A stretch of DNA of 64,000 bases from Sphagnum compactum (Eukaryota), in the NCBI GenBank assembly GCA_965153455.1, contig OZ234493.1, forward strand, positions 28,820,213 through 28,884,212, read 5' to 3'. Both the position numbers and the translations under genes were made by a program. Within the stretch, counting starts at the first letter, position 1. Each line of letters starts with the position of its first letter. The notes under the pieces were generated by a model. It made no database searches. It was not told where the DNA came from and was given only the letters and a program-made list of their open reading frames with translations. Of the stretch, positions 39,635 to 52,878 are shown piece after piece.

Positions 39635-40123
39635 TCTATCCATGAAGCAAGGTAATTTGTTTTGTTTTGTTTTGTTTGTTGTGTTGAGATCTCCCGAAGG
39701 GGGGATGCTTCATGCTGCACTTTTGTAATCTTTGGAAAGCCCTTGATGAGTACGGAAGCACTGACTTGATTTGTGATTGTTTGGAGCTAAGGTGTGGAAG
39801 CTATTGATTATTGAACCATTTTCTCAATGGGAACTAAATAAAATCAAAACTGAAAAAAGAGTATTGGAATTTTGAGGCATTCTTGGTGTTGTTGGAAAGC
39901 CCTTTGGTGAGTCAGATTTAATAGATTTTATTTTCACAATTTTCAGAGCTAAGTTGTGGAAAGACATTGATTTTTGAGTGGATTTTGTTGCTAGAAATTC
40001 AAAAAAAATTGCAAAATTTGGGTTTGGAAGGAAAATTCTGTTCACATTGTTTAGAAATTTTCAATTCGAAAAATTAAAGAATGTGTTCACATTTGGTCAG
40101 GCCAACGACACAGGCTACACTAG
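39635..40123 (+). mobile_element. Non-autonomous Helitron-like element
   Basis: Starts TC after an A, ends CTAG before a T, with a short GC inverted repeat (ggcc...ggct) just upstream of the 3' end. No TIR or TSD. Confidence 0.5.
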
Positions 40124-41699
40124 TTGAAATAAGGGCATGTGAGGCAAGAGTTGAGTGCAAGAGTTGAATGCAAGAGTTGAATGCAAGCCCCATTTCAGTA
40201 ATGCCCTCACACTCACACATGGGCTTTACATGGCATAAAAATAGATGCAAACTTCATAGAGCAATGGCTTTAGTTTTAGTGTTTAGATTGATTAAAGAGT
40301 ATAGTAGCTTAAGGGATTTTGGCACCTAGGTAGTAGGTCTATTTTCATACAAGGATTTTTGAAAGATGATATTTTGGCTCGTGTTGAAACTTCAGATTAG
40401 TTATAGAGTTATGATGTCTTGAAGGATTTTTGGTTTCTTGTAGTGGATTTTTTCGAAGATTATATTTTTGCATGGTGAAATATTTGAATTTCCATACTTC
40501 TTCTTTTGGCTTAAGATACTTTTTAATGTAAATGGCACGGCCATAGTGTGACACACCCCTTATTTCATAAAGCTTTGCAATGACAACAGACTGCCTACTC
40601 ACGGTGCAGAGGAATTATTATTATTATTTATTTATTTATAATAATTGGGCATGTAACATGCCCTCCAAGTACAATACAAAAAAATCTAATATATAATTTT
40701 TAGTTCATAGTAAATACATGTGTGAACAATCCTCAAAATATCGGAATCAAATGAAAACTAGGGCTTGCAGGTAAAAAGGCAGAGCCGATAATAAATACCA
40801 GAATTTGGATATGATAGTTTTGGAGTATTGATCATGAAAAATGTACAATAAAGAATGTGCAAAAAATATGTGAATTGATTACTTATCATGAGAAATAATT
40901 GTACAATTTAATCAAAATTGGCAGAACTCCACTCTACTCACTTCTGGAATTTATATATGAAGTTCTCAATGCTCATGATGTCAATTCAGTCATAGGATCA
41001 ATTTTTATTTCCCTTGTGTGTTACCCTACTTTTGTTTGGGAGAATTTACTTAGTATGGAAGATTTTGGTATTTTCTTTTTCTCCAACACATTTTGTCATT
41101 TTTTGTACAAAAAATTGGGAAAGTTTTAGAACTTTTTTAATAGTGTAAAATCCAACTAATTTTCCCAATTTTTTGGAAGTTTTCCTAATTTGTGTAAAAT
41201 TTTCACCCTATTTTTACATAAATTAGTTGATTTACAGTACCAAAAAATCATAACTGAGTTGATTTTACACTATAACTGTTTTGATAACACAAAATTGGGG
41301 GGGGGGGAAAAAAACCATATACAAAAGAAGTTTTAATCCATTGTTTCTTTTATTAATCCTTAATCCAACCTCAAATCATTACCCTACTACCCATTACCTG
41401 GTAGCTTTAACACTAACTATATTAGTTTCAGAAATTTTCAAATTTTTTTTGAATAACACAAATTGCGAAGGAATTTTTTTTGAATCCTTATCAATATTTT
41501 ATTTGTCAAAATGAGGATTTTTAAATTAATTAATTATTTGACAAACATGTGTTGAAGTTGCCAAGGTACTATAGAAATGAACTTACTACATGTTTCAATA
41601 CAAACATCCAAATACATTGTTTACAAAAAAACTACAAACTAAACATGATGATTATTAAAGTTATCCTTTAAATGATTTCGTCTTGGGCCTCTCTTCCAA

Positions 41700-44600
41700 T
41701 CTGAAATCATGTTTCACTCCTAAATGTTGGTTATTCACAAAAGAAAGTGGATTTAAGACCGTGTCATGTGTATCATATTGATACTTACAATTATCATTGT
41801 TCACATGCATGTAAACACAAACCACCCTAAATGGTGCATCACATCCAAATGAATACAAGCCCAAAAACACGCAATAAAATTTGTGACACAACAATGTGAA
41901 CAAACAAAACTTGCATAGAACACAAGAAAATTTGCAAAGAAACAACATTATGTGTTTTGAAATCTTGAATCATCAAAAATATATGAAGTCACAACTCTTG
42001 GGTTTTATACCCAATCCAAAAAATATCTTGAACCCAATTTACATTTGAATTGGTTTTGAACTAAAACACACTTAGTTGCAAAAGTTCAACTCAAGATTAA
42101 CCTAATTATGATTTAATTGAATATTAAATTAACATTATTCACAATTGTTGTTGTGTGCTATCGTATCATCAATTCAAACTATCATTGTTCACACACATGT
42201 AAAGTAAATAACACAACCCATCTTAAATGGTGCATCACATCCAAATTGTCTCCCTATCTGGGGGTAAGATCTTTTTGAACTAAATAAAAACAAAAGAAAT
42301 TTATCTTGTGAATCCACCAAAATGAACACCTTGGTTTTAAAGTGGAAGGACCAATAGGCTAGGTATTGTGAGCCCCATCATGAATTGCTTAATTGCAATC
42401 CCCAAATTTTTAGCTAAATGCGCATGATAATGGAAAAAAACTTACGATATTCCCTACCATATAATCACATAAGTTGGGCCAAGTTTATTTTATGCACTGA
42501 AGGCAAAACCATTTTCTAACTAGTATTGCATCTAAAAGTGGCATTAAACATCCCATATGCCAACCTTTAGAACACCAGTCACACACCAATTGCCCTTGAA
42601 CATTGTTTGCACGACATACATTGAAAGCCAACATGGACAATAACCAAGGATGTGTCAACTTGGCCATTTGCATTAGGAAGATGACATGATGCACAATTCC
42701 ACAAATGGTCCTTCCATGTTTGACCATCTTAGCCTTCCAACAACAATGTTTTAGAAGATAACACCTCTACACATGCAAAGTAACATGTTTCATAATCACC
42801 TCCAACATAGTTAATATGGTTTGTTACACGTACATGTAATTCCCAACTTGAATTTATGGATTCAAGACTAATAACCACCCCCTTGAATAAGGGGATAATG
42901 TAATGTATCCCAATGTTGATCAATTGTTAGATTTTCCATAGTCATTGACATTGATTGGTAGCTCAGGTTCATGGCCAAACAATAGAAAATACGATGAAAA
43001 TGACAACAAAAAAAACTTGCCAATTAAACTCATACCCCATAATTAACCATGGAAGTTACAAATATCAATATATAATATATATTTTTGAAGCCTATAATTT
43101 AAAAAACCTTGTTTCATTGCTTACACCATCCATTCGCATTTGTAAAAGTTCAACAACATCAAGTGAATGGACATGCTAACTTGCAATTGTTGAGATTGTG
43201 CACAATCGAAAAAACTTGATGCCTCTTTGTACACAATGACAAGCAAAAATTATGTTTAGGCTTTTAAATAATCCACATTTATACCAACATTACTTAAGAG
43301 GTGGTCCATCCAACCATGGTTTTAACAAGAGTGAATTATTCTTGAAGAAGGCCCATTGGTTGAGGGATCCTTCCAAGCTTGTTTTAACCATTGCAAATAG
43401 TGCCTTTAGGTTTTTGTTCATGACACATACTTTGGGGTCTTTGTTCATGACACATACTTTTCATTTTGATGGTGAAAAGGTGTTTGGTTTGGCCAAATGT
43501 AGTGTTGACTGTTCTCCAAGGGTAAATGATGATTTGCATAAGTAGGATTGTGTCAATTTTTTTCATTTGCTTGTGGCCATTCCCCCAAGTCAATCCAACA
43601 ATGTTGAAAATATGCACGTCCATGGTTGCCGTGTAGTTCACTTAATATGTTGCTTATAGTTTTTCAAGGTGGGTTAGAGGTGATAGAGATTACATGTGAA
43701 GATGGCTTATGGCATATTGATCGATGCCCACCTATTTCGTAATCCAATGTCCTACATTGTAGAAAAATATAGGGGTCAAGTGCACAACAAAGATCAATAC
43801 ACATAAAATGACAAGTGGGATTTTAACTCCATGTTATCATGGTTTTTGAGTTCAATTTCAAAGTGGACCTCTAGAACATCATAAGCACCAATTCCGTCCT
43901 AACAACTTAAATCGTTGTGTGGGTGGGTCTAAGCAAAAGTTCGCTATTGCTAAGCCATAAGTTTTGATTGTTCTGATTGCATAGTAAGTTCAATAGGGTA
44001 TCAACTTGATTCAAAAAGAAGTATCATGTTTAGAAAAGGCTAGGCTACTTTTTAATTCTGAATGTAAGAACAACCCTCAAAGTGTATTTGGAGGTTAGCT
44101 TTCTACTACAAACAATTGCCAAGTGTTTATTGTTTGCATGCAAAATCTCATTAGGCCTACAAATGCAAGCATTTGGCCTACAACTTGTTTTGCTAAAAAG
44201 GTGAAATAATTGTTGAATGTCTTGATTGGCAATGGCATATGTTTAAATGTATAAGTTCTAAGATTCCTTCTTTTCAATGTTGACTTTGCTTAAGAAAGTT
44301 CTTTCAAGGTTGTTTGGCCACCATAAAACCATTGTAGATTTCTATATGTCAAATTAGCTTTGGAAGGCCAAGGCTCATTCATGAGAAAAATACTCATACA
44401 AGGCTAAATAAGTAAAGTGCCTAAGTTTTTGATGTTAAAGACATGAATGATCTTGATTTTCCACAACATTTTCACAAGGTGTTGTCTTTAAAATCTTCCT
44501 CAAGTTATGTTTTGAAAGAATTTGTTATCATTGGACAATTTGCAAATGAAAGCTATATTTCAAAAATTTGTCTAACCCTTCAAAATCAATATCATCATCT

Positions 44601-45480
44601 TTTATATTGCCATCTATAATTTGCACCACCTTTCCCATCGTTTGCATTGTTTACTAAATTTGTTTTGAATTTGATTCCACTTTCCTTTAAGTTTCATTTT
44701 TTGATGTCAATAGTTTCAAGTGAAATGGCCTTCTTTGCCACAAACATAATAGAAATTAAATTGAAACTTGTTGTTGTTTGAATATTGTTTCTTTGATCAT
44801 TCCTTAGATTTTCATGTTTAAGCTTGGTATTGATGCTTTGTTTTTTCATTCACTAAGCAAAAATAGCCTTTCCATCTATCACAAACACTAACATTGACAA
44901 GCATTATTGACAAGCATAACTTGTAGTTCAATTATAGTTCATTCGTCATTCACTAATAATTTATTTTTAGTCCACTTGTAGTTGATTCATAGATCATTCA
45001 CAATTCATTCACAGTTCACGCATAGTTCCTTTATAAATACAAAGATTTTCAAGAAGGTTCATTGAACGATGGCATATGAAAGCCCTCATGAAGGTTTCTT
45101 TCACCGGAGGTCTCTCAATGGGTATAAGTAAAAATAAGAAACCCCCATTATCTTTAGTTTATTTAACATTCATTTGAGGTATGATTTTGCACCATAGCCT
45201 TGTTTGTTTCATTTTATGTTCATGATTTTATATGTTATCAAAATAAAATTATGTTTGTAATTTTGTGTTGCATATTTTGTGTTCTTGTCTTTGGTTTCCT
45301 TGATTTATGTTTGGAATTAGATGTAAACCTACTTTTGGCCTCGTTTGTTGTGGTTTTCCTCTACTTTGGAAAACCCATTGTCTTCATGGTTTTCAAGCTT
45401 TGTGACATTAGAGGACTTGTTCAATTGTTCCTAGGATGTTATTTGTACAAAAGCTTGTGAACCATCCTATCGAATGTTAG
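41700..45480 (-). mobile_element. Degenerate Ty3/Gypsy retrotransposon (RT/RNase H/integrase remnants) with a C-terminal PHD finger
   Basis: Minus strand: LAFVGLMRF (RT thumb-like, about 44170); PWLIMGY../YFLLFGHEPELP (integrase, about 43050-42955); LLLEG*DGQTWKDHLWNCASCHLP; then the PHD finger. A direct repeat at about 41780 and 42170 may be LTR-derived. Outer boundaries approximate. Confidence 0.7.
42485..42625 (-). pseudogene. PHD finger (C4HC3) at the integrase C-terminus
   Basis: CMSCKQ...[frameshift]...LVCDWCSKGWHMGCLMPLLDAILVRKWFCLQC*. All eight zinc ligands and the W before the last CxxC are present. Confidence 0.8.
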
Positions 45481-45559
45481 CAAGTTGTGACCAATCATAA
45501 ATGCTCATAACTCAGAAGTAGAGCATTAAATATTACTTGAACGGGTATGTCCCCAACTA

Positions 45560-46022
45560 GTGTCTTTCCCACAACCGCCATGCTAGCCTTTATTTTCTTA
45601 ATCTCCTTAATGAAATCAGTCATAAAGGCTCCCTCCTGCATCTACATTCTGTACAACCTAATGTACAAGTTCAACTTCGTCACAAGATCTTGAGTTTCAA
45701 ACATGTTTGTGAATGTGTGCCATCCAGCGATGGGGCTCTTCAGAGGTCCCAACTATGTCAAAGAAGTGAGATTTCACTAACAATAGAAATGTTTTGTTTT
45801 GCCTTCAACCTCATGGTTGCATTAGAAATCAGCCATGATTCTATTACGATACTTTCACACAAGATGCTATTATCACTACTACTTCGAGAATTCTACAGGT
45901 CACCTCCGGACAAGGGCTAACCCTGGCTTTGATACCATGTTGCAGAATATTTGAATAACAACGGTCAAGAAAATGAATTAACAAAAACCTAAACACAATT
46001 ATATAAGTTTCTATGATCAACA
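45560..46022 (-). mobile_element. Copia LTR end, tRNA-Met primer-binding site and gag fragment
   Basis: Minus strand ...TGCAACA|TGGTATCAAAGC (PBS about 45937-45926) followed by MFETQDLVTKLNLYIRLYRM*MQEGAFMTDFIKEIKKIKASMAVVG (UBN2/Copia gag-like). Confidence 0.7.
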
Positions 46023-46029
46023 CAATCAG

Positions 46030-48570
46030 GAGAACTCATACAGAGAATTCAGTGCAGATCCAAATTCTACAGACTTCTTAAATCTCTGCAGCAAAATTGT
46101 TTCCTGTGTCAGAGCATCACCTTCCATCACAAAGAGCTGTGCTGAGGCTGCCATGGCTAACCACTGACTTCATCAGCTCAGTGTAGATCTGTCTATAATA
46201 ACCCACCCAAACTCTGGGCAAACTGTTAGTACAAAATCTGTGTCCTGAGTTTTTGTTGTGATTTCCAGAAGCCAAGGGAATTACTCGGTCATGATGTTGG
46301 ATAGCACTCAAAAGACAATAGAAACCAGAACTCAGACAGAATAGATCGTAACCTACACCAAATACCAAAGCCTGGATGCTGCAAATTTCAATCTCCACAT
46401 GCCACAGAAATCTGTTAATACTCCTGAGTGTGAGAACTCTTGAAATCTCGCTAAGTTTCACTCTTTCACTCATAGAACTCTTAAAATGCTATGGTAATCC
46501 AGAAAGGTATAATTTTCATGGATTGAATCAAAGCACTACTACTATTCACCTGGGATAATTTCAAGGTTTAGGGCACATTAGGTACACAATTGTGCAGCCA
46601 TAAAGCTCAAGATCTGCATGTTCTGTTGGAAGGTGTTCAGACACAATGAAGGTGAATCAAATCCTCATCTACAGCCTGGGTGAATTCTCAAGCGGCTGTG
46701 ATGAATTGTTTCAGGGATGCTGGTTACCCATGCCATATCAGACCTCCAAATTTGGTTATGCAGAATTTTGACAAAGCATGAAGTGAAGTTTTGAAACCAT
46801 GGCATATCTAGAGCTCCAAATTTGGTTATGCAGAATATTTGACAAAACATGGGAGTGAAGTTTCTAACCTGGTACAGAATTGCAAAGTTTGTTCAAGCTC
46901 TAGAGGGAATGGCTCTCTGATCAAGCACCAGGAGCATGAGGACTCTTCAAGAAGTATATGCCATGAAGGGAGTTGCATATTTGCTTCAGTAGTCAGTGCC
47001 ATCATCCATGAGATTATTGTAACGGTGTTGCATTTGGTAGGGGCCCATTCATAGGCACAATGAGACAGCTCCTAATGGTCATTGTATTGACGATTCTGTC
47101 AAAGATTTCAGTTAGGCAATATCTGTCAAATCTTCAAGTTCAATGTATGCTGTATGTGCAAGATTCACCAAATCCAGCTCTACTAGGGGCTGAAATTTTG
47201 GCGATTGCAGCACTACCATGAATCTCTTTCTGAACTCTGCAGTACCCTAAACAGCCCTTGAAAGCTTTCTGACAGTTTGAAGGGAGCCCAGCACTCAATA
47301 ACATATCTATGAAATCACAGAGAATCTCTAAAAGGACTACTTGAAGAAAATGCACCAATGAGTGCAGTCATAAGCTTATGAGAATTGCACACAAAGAGTC
47401 AGACCATCACCTTCCTTGTGAATGGCAGTGACAAGCTACCATGACTTTATCAGCTCCCAATGATGGGTGTAGTTAAGTATATATAATAGTCTGCCCAATA
47501 TTTCAGGGAGACCATTATACAAAAGCTGCATCCTGAGCTTCTGTCACATCTGCAGAGGCTACAGGAAGATTCAGTTGATATGTGCCCAGCACTCATAATT
47601 TACTCACAACAAGAGACCTTTTTGACCTCTGTTGCATCATTATCCTCAATCTTCACACCATCATGAACAATGTCTGCAGATCCAATCCACCAACACCAAA
47701 AATTAGAGAGGTGTCTGGTGCATTGGTAGGATATTGAACACATCTGGGAAGTTCATAGTTTATCCAAAACTTTCACAGATTCTGTATGGTGTCTACCAAC
47801 ACCAAGTTTTGCATGCTTCCTTCCCAAAATTCAACCCAAAACTCTGAAATTCTAGATCCTACAAATCTGGCAGCTCTCTTCAAGGACATATATATTACCT
47901 GAACTTGTGGACAACCAGGAACACAACCCTATACGTTATAATACAGCAAAAACACATGGAAAAGTAGCCTGAACTCCAAGATTACCTGTGCCATGTGTTC
48001 AACTAAACCTTTGCTCTGGTTCTTGTTGCAGAAGCTTAGTTTGGTCCCCTGCTTGCATCACCAGCACAAGCTGAGAATAAATACTTGGCCAAGGTGAGCC
48101 TTTCAGACATGGTTAAGATCACCCTAGTTGACCTCTCACATGTCAACAGGTCTGGAAAGGCAGCTAGAAAAAGAACGGCCCTTACTCCTGGCCAGCATTC
48201 CACAATTACCAGTACTGTTCTCTCTAGCTGCATTTCTACATCTTCTAAACATACCTCTCACCTTTCTGCACTCTGCCTTCGTCTTGTACTATATCTCTGC
48301 CTCTTTCAGTTGCTTTGCTCCCTCTTTGCACTCTGTCTTCTTGTCTCTTGTACCTCCATGATTCCATACTACCTGCAAGGTAGCAAATGCCACCTTCAAT
48401 GTGCAGCTTCTGCTGCCATTAGGATTGCTGTCAGTTTTGCAGCAAACCCCCTGATGCTCATCCCACTTCCTCCTGCTCTCTCATCACTTCCATGATTTCT
48501 GTCCTTCACCATTCTCTCATTCACCCCCCTCACTGCTTTGATCCATTCTGCAAATTCATTCTCTTTCTAT
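46030..48570 (-). mobile_element. Highly decayed Copia-like internal region
   Basis: Weak minus-strand remnants in Copia order: zinc-knuckle-like (about 48200), integrase C-terminus-like (about 47950), RT end (about 47250), ISW..ALTTEA RNase H-like (about 47000). Also a 70-bp duplication at 46728-46870. Confidence 0.35.
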
Positions 48571-49526
48571 CCCTTGAGCAGGCCAAAAAAAAAATCTTTT
48601 ACATTTTTTCCTCACATGGACTGGACATAGTTTATCAATGAAGAAAGCATGAACATTCTTGATGCAAATGGTTGCAGAAGAAATGCAATTTGACTATAAC
48701 TGAAGGATTACATTGTGAATAACAACTAACAAACCCAAGAAAGCATTAAACATCACCCAAACTATAAGCATTGGGAAGCTCAATCCACAAAAACTAGACA
48801 ACAGCTAAGTCCAACAAGTTCAAACAAAGAAAACTAATGAATCACAAAGTTGAATAATTACCATAACACGCCCTGACATGCAAGATAGGCTGCACCATCT
48901 AACTCTAGCAAAACTGTTTTGACTCCTTAAAGGATGTGTGTACAGTACACTACAATAAAAGAGAGTATATATTGGCCATAGTTTACAGGTACTTACAATG
49001 TTTGGGCTGATTGGTATCTCTCTCCAAGTCAACAAAATCACCATTGGCCCACATCACAGAGTTTCGTTTGTGTCTGGTATAAGAGCCTGTTTCCACTTCT
49101 AAGAAATCACAGCTAAGTAATTGTCTGCCTAGTTCTCACCTTCCGCTTTTTAGGACTTGCTGCTTGTAAGATGTGCAAAGTCTGTCATCCAGTACACAAT
49201 CACCAAAAATGCAGCTATTACCCAAATCCATACCTTCCACAAACCAGCTACACTGGCTTTTCTCTCTCTGCTTCTGGCACCATTTCACAAATTTCCTTGC
49301 TAAACCTAGGTGCCACAGTTTTCAAATCCCTGTCCAGTTCAATCTCTGCTCCACGAGTGGTTACATTTGCCTGGCTGTGCAACAAAGGCCCCAGAATGGG
49401 AGACTGTACATAAGACCTTGAAAATAACAAAAGATTTTGAGCAACACTCAGCCACCTTTGATTACACCAGAACCTGCACTGGCAGTAAAAAGCTCTTCTT
49501 TGGTCTTCATAAACCGTTTCCAGCAG

Positions 49527-50514
49527 TCAACTTGCAGCACCTCGGAGCATAGTGTTCACTGGTAGATCTGATGGATGATCTTGGAGGTCTCTGCCAAGCT
49601 TCTCCAAAACATCTGTGGACAAATTCTGTTCCTCTCCCTGCAATTTTGAGCCTGCAGCTTGTTGCAAATGCCGTTCTGTCATCATTGTGGTCTCCACAAC
49701 ATTTTGACTCATCTCATCACCCAGCAAATTTTCAAATTCTGTGTACAACAAGAACATGAGAAATTGTGTTAGCAGAGCAGTTGCATGTTAGGTGTAGATG
49801 AAGCAAACTGACAAAACCCTGCTTCCAGCTCAATGTGAAAGTCAATTGACCACATACAAGAGAGATAACCACATGAGGATATTGTCACTCCTCCATAAAT
49901 TACATTGGATCCAATCCATCTTTACATTCTGGCAACATAGGAGTAGCTATTGTGAGATTTTCCTGTGTCCTGACAAGTGAGAACATTTCTTGTTTTTCTC
50001 CTTTCGCTAAATGGAGACACATAAGAAAAAACAGATAACATGGAAATCAAAAAAACAATCTAAAATTATGTGAAACACAGCCAAACCAAGATGAGTGTCT
50101 AATGATAAAGTACACAACAAGCAAAGATTTAGTCATTTTAATGTGATAGCTTTCAACTCTGCACAGTCTGCTAACAAAGAGCAAATACAATGCATAATTC
50201 CCAAACCACAGATCACGTTAGTCACTACAGATCCAGTACCCAAGAGTTTGTAAGGTAGTGTAGCTTTATCTAGCAAGCTCACCATGGAACCGTGCAGAAG
50301 AGCAAATGTAAAGAATGAGAAGGCATGTCAGTAGGACAATTGGAACCAAATGCACTGCCTGTTCTGCATTGCACATCCACCAAGCCTTGTCTCCCTTCTC
50401 ATCTCTATTGCAGCTGTCATTCCGCACAACTGTCACCATCTGTGCTGTCTTGTTTTTGCCAGGAGGCCTTGGAGGTTTCAGGGCAGAAGGCACTATACCA
50501 GAAGACCTCTGCAT
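49527..50514 (-). CDS. Small plant-specific single-pass membrane protein (AE.AVHL.P.VL..C..IL family), about 147 aa
   Basis: Exon 50514-50283 MQRSSG...NAEQAVHLVPIVLLTCLLILYICS (donor G|GTGAGC). Exon 49738-49527 after TACACAG|, in phase, ending in TGA. A further 3' exon near 49413-49248 is possible. 5' UTR exons probably extend to about 52200. Confidence 0.7.
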
Positions 50515-52202
50515 ATCCCTGTTCCAATTTGCACCAATAGTCACTCAAATCCTCTAGGGTTTTGTTCACCAAACAAAAAGATCACTTTTGCGATACACTC
50601 TGACTCTGCCGCAAAGTGCAGGAAGCCAATATTCAGCCTGTTCAGCCTGACCAAATCTTGCATGTGCTGCTCAATAATTGCCCAAACCTCCACAAATCCC
50701 CCAGAACTGCTTTGTTGGAGTCCATCCAAACACACGTGACTGCACAGCAAGCAGATGCAGAATCATTTATAGCTAGCTGCCCTCACTCTAGCGGGAGATC
50801 AGAAAATGCAGACCTGATCATCATCCACATGGCATGAAACCTCCAACCTCTACAAAATCCCCATCCCCAGAACACATGCTGACAATTAATCTTTCTATTG
50901 TCTCCAATCAAAATGGAATCCAGCAGATTGTGTTTCATCACATGAGCCTTGATCATTCAAAAGTGGTATATTTCCAACCCAAAACCCTATTCTTGTAACA
51001 GAGGCAAAACCTCAAAGACTTTACACACCTCTGCTTTAGCTTTCTGAAATGAGGACTAAGCATGAGATGACAAAAGCACATTGCGATGAGCAAGTCCTTT
51101 TATGAAATCAAAGAACAGGAAGAATGTTTGTGCATTTCATGATGACCTAGGGGGAGATGTTTTCACAAACTTCACCTAAATTTCAATTCCAAAGCCAAAA
51201 AATAATTCTTGCAAAAGCCCTGGCTCCAGAACACCCTAATGATTGTGCACAAGTGTGAGCGACAAAGGTGGCAGTGTGACAGAAAAAGTCACGTTGTTAT
51301 TAGCCTGCTGGACCACACAAAGGCAGAAATCCTCCTCCTTCTTCGCACTGGTGAGGAGGAGTAGACTCTTGAGGAGAGAGATAAGCAGGAATAGACGAGG
51401 TTCAGGAACAGGAACAGATAAGGATATCACAATAGGAATATTACCAGTCACAGGTCTTTCCGAAGTCCCGTTCCAGCGCTGGAGACCATCCGCCCTCACA
51501 TCATCAACCTTGTGGAATTTCTCGCTGTATGCAGAGACACAAAGGACGCCCGCGGAAAAGCAAATAGTCGCTTTGATTGTTTTCCAACTAAGATAACACA
51601 CATCCGAGAGAGAGAGAGAGAAGAAGAAGAAAATAAAACACAAATCCGAATCGAAAACCAAACCAATTTGGCGTCACTTCAAACCGGAAACTAAAAAAGC
51701 TTCCAAAACCTTCTGAAAACCAACACTAAAACTGGAAACGAAAATTTTCTGAATCGAATGACTTCCGAGTCCAAAAATCAAGATCAAAACAGCAGCAGAA
51801 ACTACTACTACTACTACTACTACTCCTACAAAAGGAACGTGACTGAATGTGGGGGGAAAAAACGAGAACAAGAACAAGATCAAAAATCGCGAATGTTCGT
51901 AGAGCAAAAAATTCTGGAAATCGAATCAATTCCGTGTCCAAAAGTCTAGATCAAAACAAACGGCAGAAACTTCCTTGGAGTCCAAAAGTCAAGATCAAAA
52001 CAGCGGCAGAAAAACTACTACTACTGAAAAGGATAGTAAGGAATTCGAAAAACACAACAACAATAACAACAAAGTTGCGAATGTGTTAGAAAACAAAGCC
52101 GGATCCTTCCCGTTGTCGTGGTTTTTCTCCCTCCTTTCCCACCAAGAGCTGTAGAAGAAGAGAAGAAGAAGAGGAAGAGGCAAACGCGTGGGAGCAGCAG
52201 CA

Positions 52203-52240
<38 letters not shown>

Positions 52241-52264
52241 TGGAATTTCAGGAGGAGGAGCATC

Positions 52265-52545
52265 CGCAGCCTTTTTTTTGTTGGCGAAATTTCGCCAAAA
52301 AGCGAAAATAAAAAATCCAGTGATTTTGGAGTTTTCCAATAGCCAGAAATGAGGGGGAAAAAAGTACCTAGTAAAAATCGCCATATTTTTATACTCGGTT
52401 TTTAATAATGTGTAGCCAAAATATAGAAAGATTATTAAGGATTTTCATTTCATATTTGGTTTATAAACCATATTTGGCTAAATATTTCCAGTGCTGATTG
52501 CCACTTTGGCTACAAACAAACAAAAATTCTTGAGAAAAACGCAAA
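52265..52545 (+). mobile_element. hAT-like MITE (family of 25530-25849) in the promoter region of the membrane-protein gene
   Basis: Colinear with 25530-25849 (aaatttcgccaaaa, gtgattttggag, aaaaatcgcca, tttggctaaat, cactttggctacaaaca). Confidence 0.7.
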
Positions 52546-52789
52546 ATGGCACAGACACAGAGAGACACACAGAGAGAGTGCATTGCATGCGATGGCAGCG
52601 TGGCAGAAAGTAAATCTACTTAGTAGTAAAACAGGAAGCACTGCTTGGCTGCTAAGTTACTGTAGTTTTCTTTTTTCTTTCCCCTTTTTACCACAACAGC
52701 CGACCCCACCTCACAAAGCCGTTGGCAACTTGGCACCCCCCCAAGTCAAAGCTCATTGGGCAAAGGGCTGACAGGACCTTCAACTGCAC

Positions 52790-52878
52790 ACCACTGGGTT
52801 TGAACTCAAGACTCTTTTTTTTTTTTTTGTTTGGTTGAGGTCTCCGAATGAGCTATACCAATGAGCCATTACTATGGG
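52790..52878 (-). mobile_element. tRNA-derived SINE-like head
   Basis: Minus strand has A-box-like TGGCTCATTGG and B-box-like GAGTTCAAACCC separated by an A-rich spacer. No cloverleaf. Confidence 0.35.

Noticed and set aside
51236..51661. 141-aa ORF as a coding exon
   Set aside because: It spans CT-rich intron-like sequence; the internal segment (about 51525-51445) looks like a 5' UTR exon of the membrane-protein gene.
52790..52878. Functional tRNA gene
   Set aside because: No acceptor or anticodon stems; the boxes are separated by a poly-A tract.
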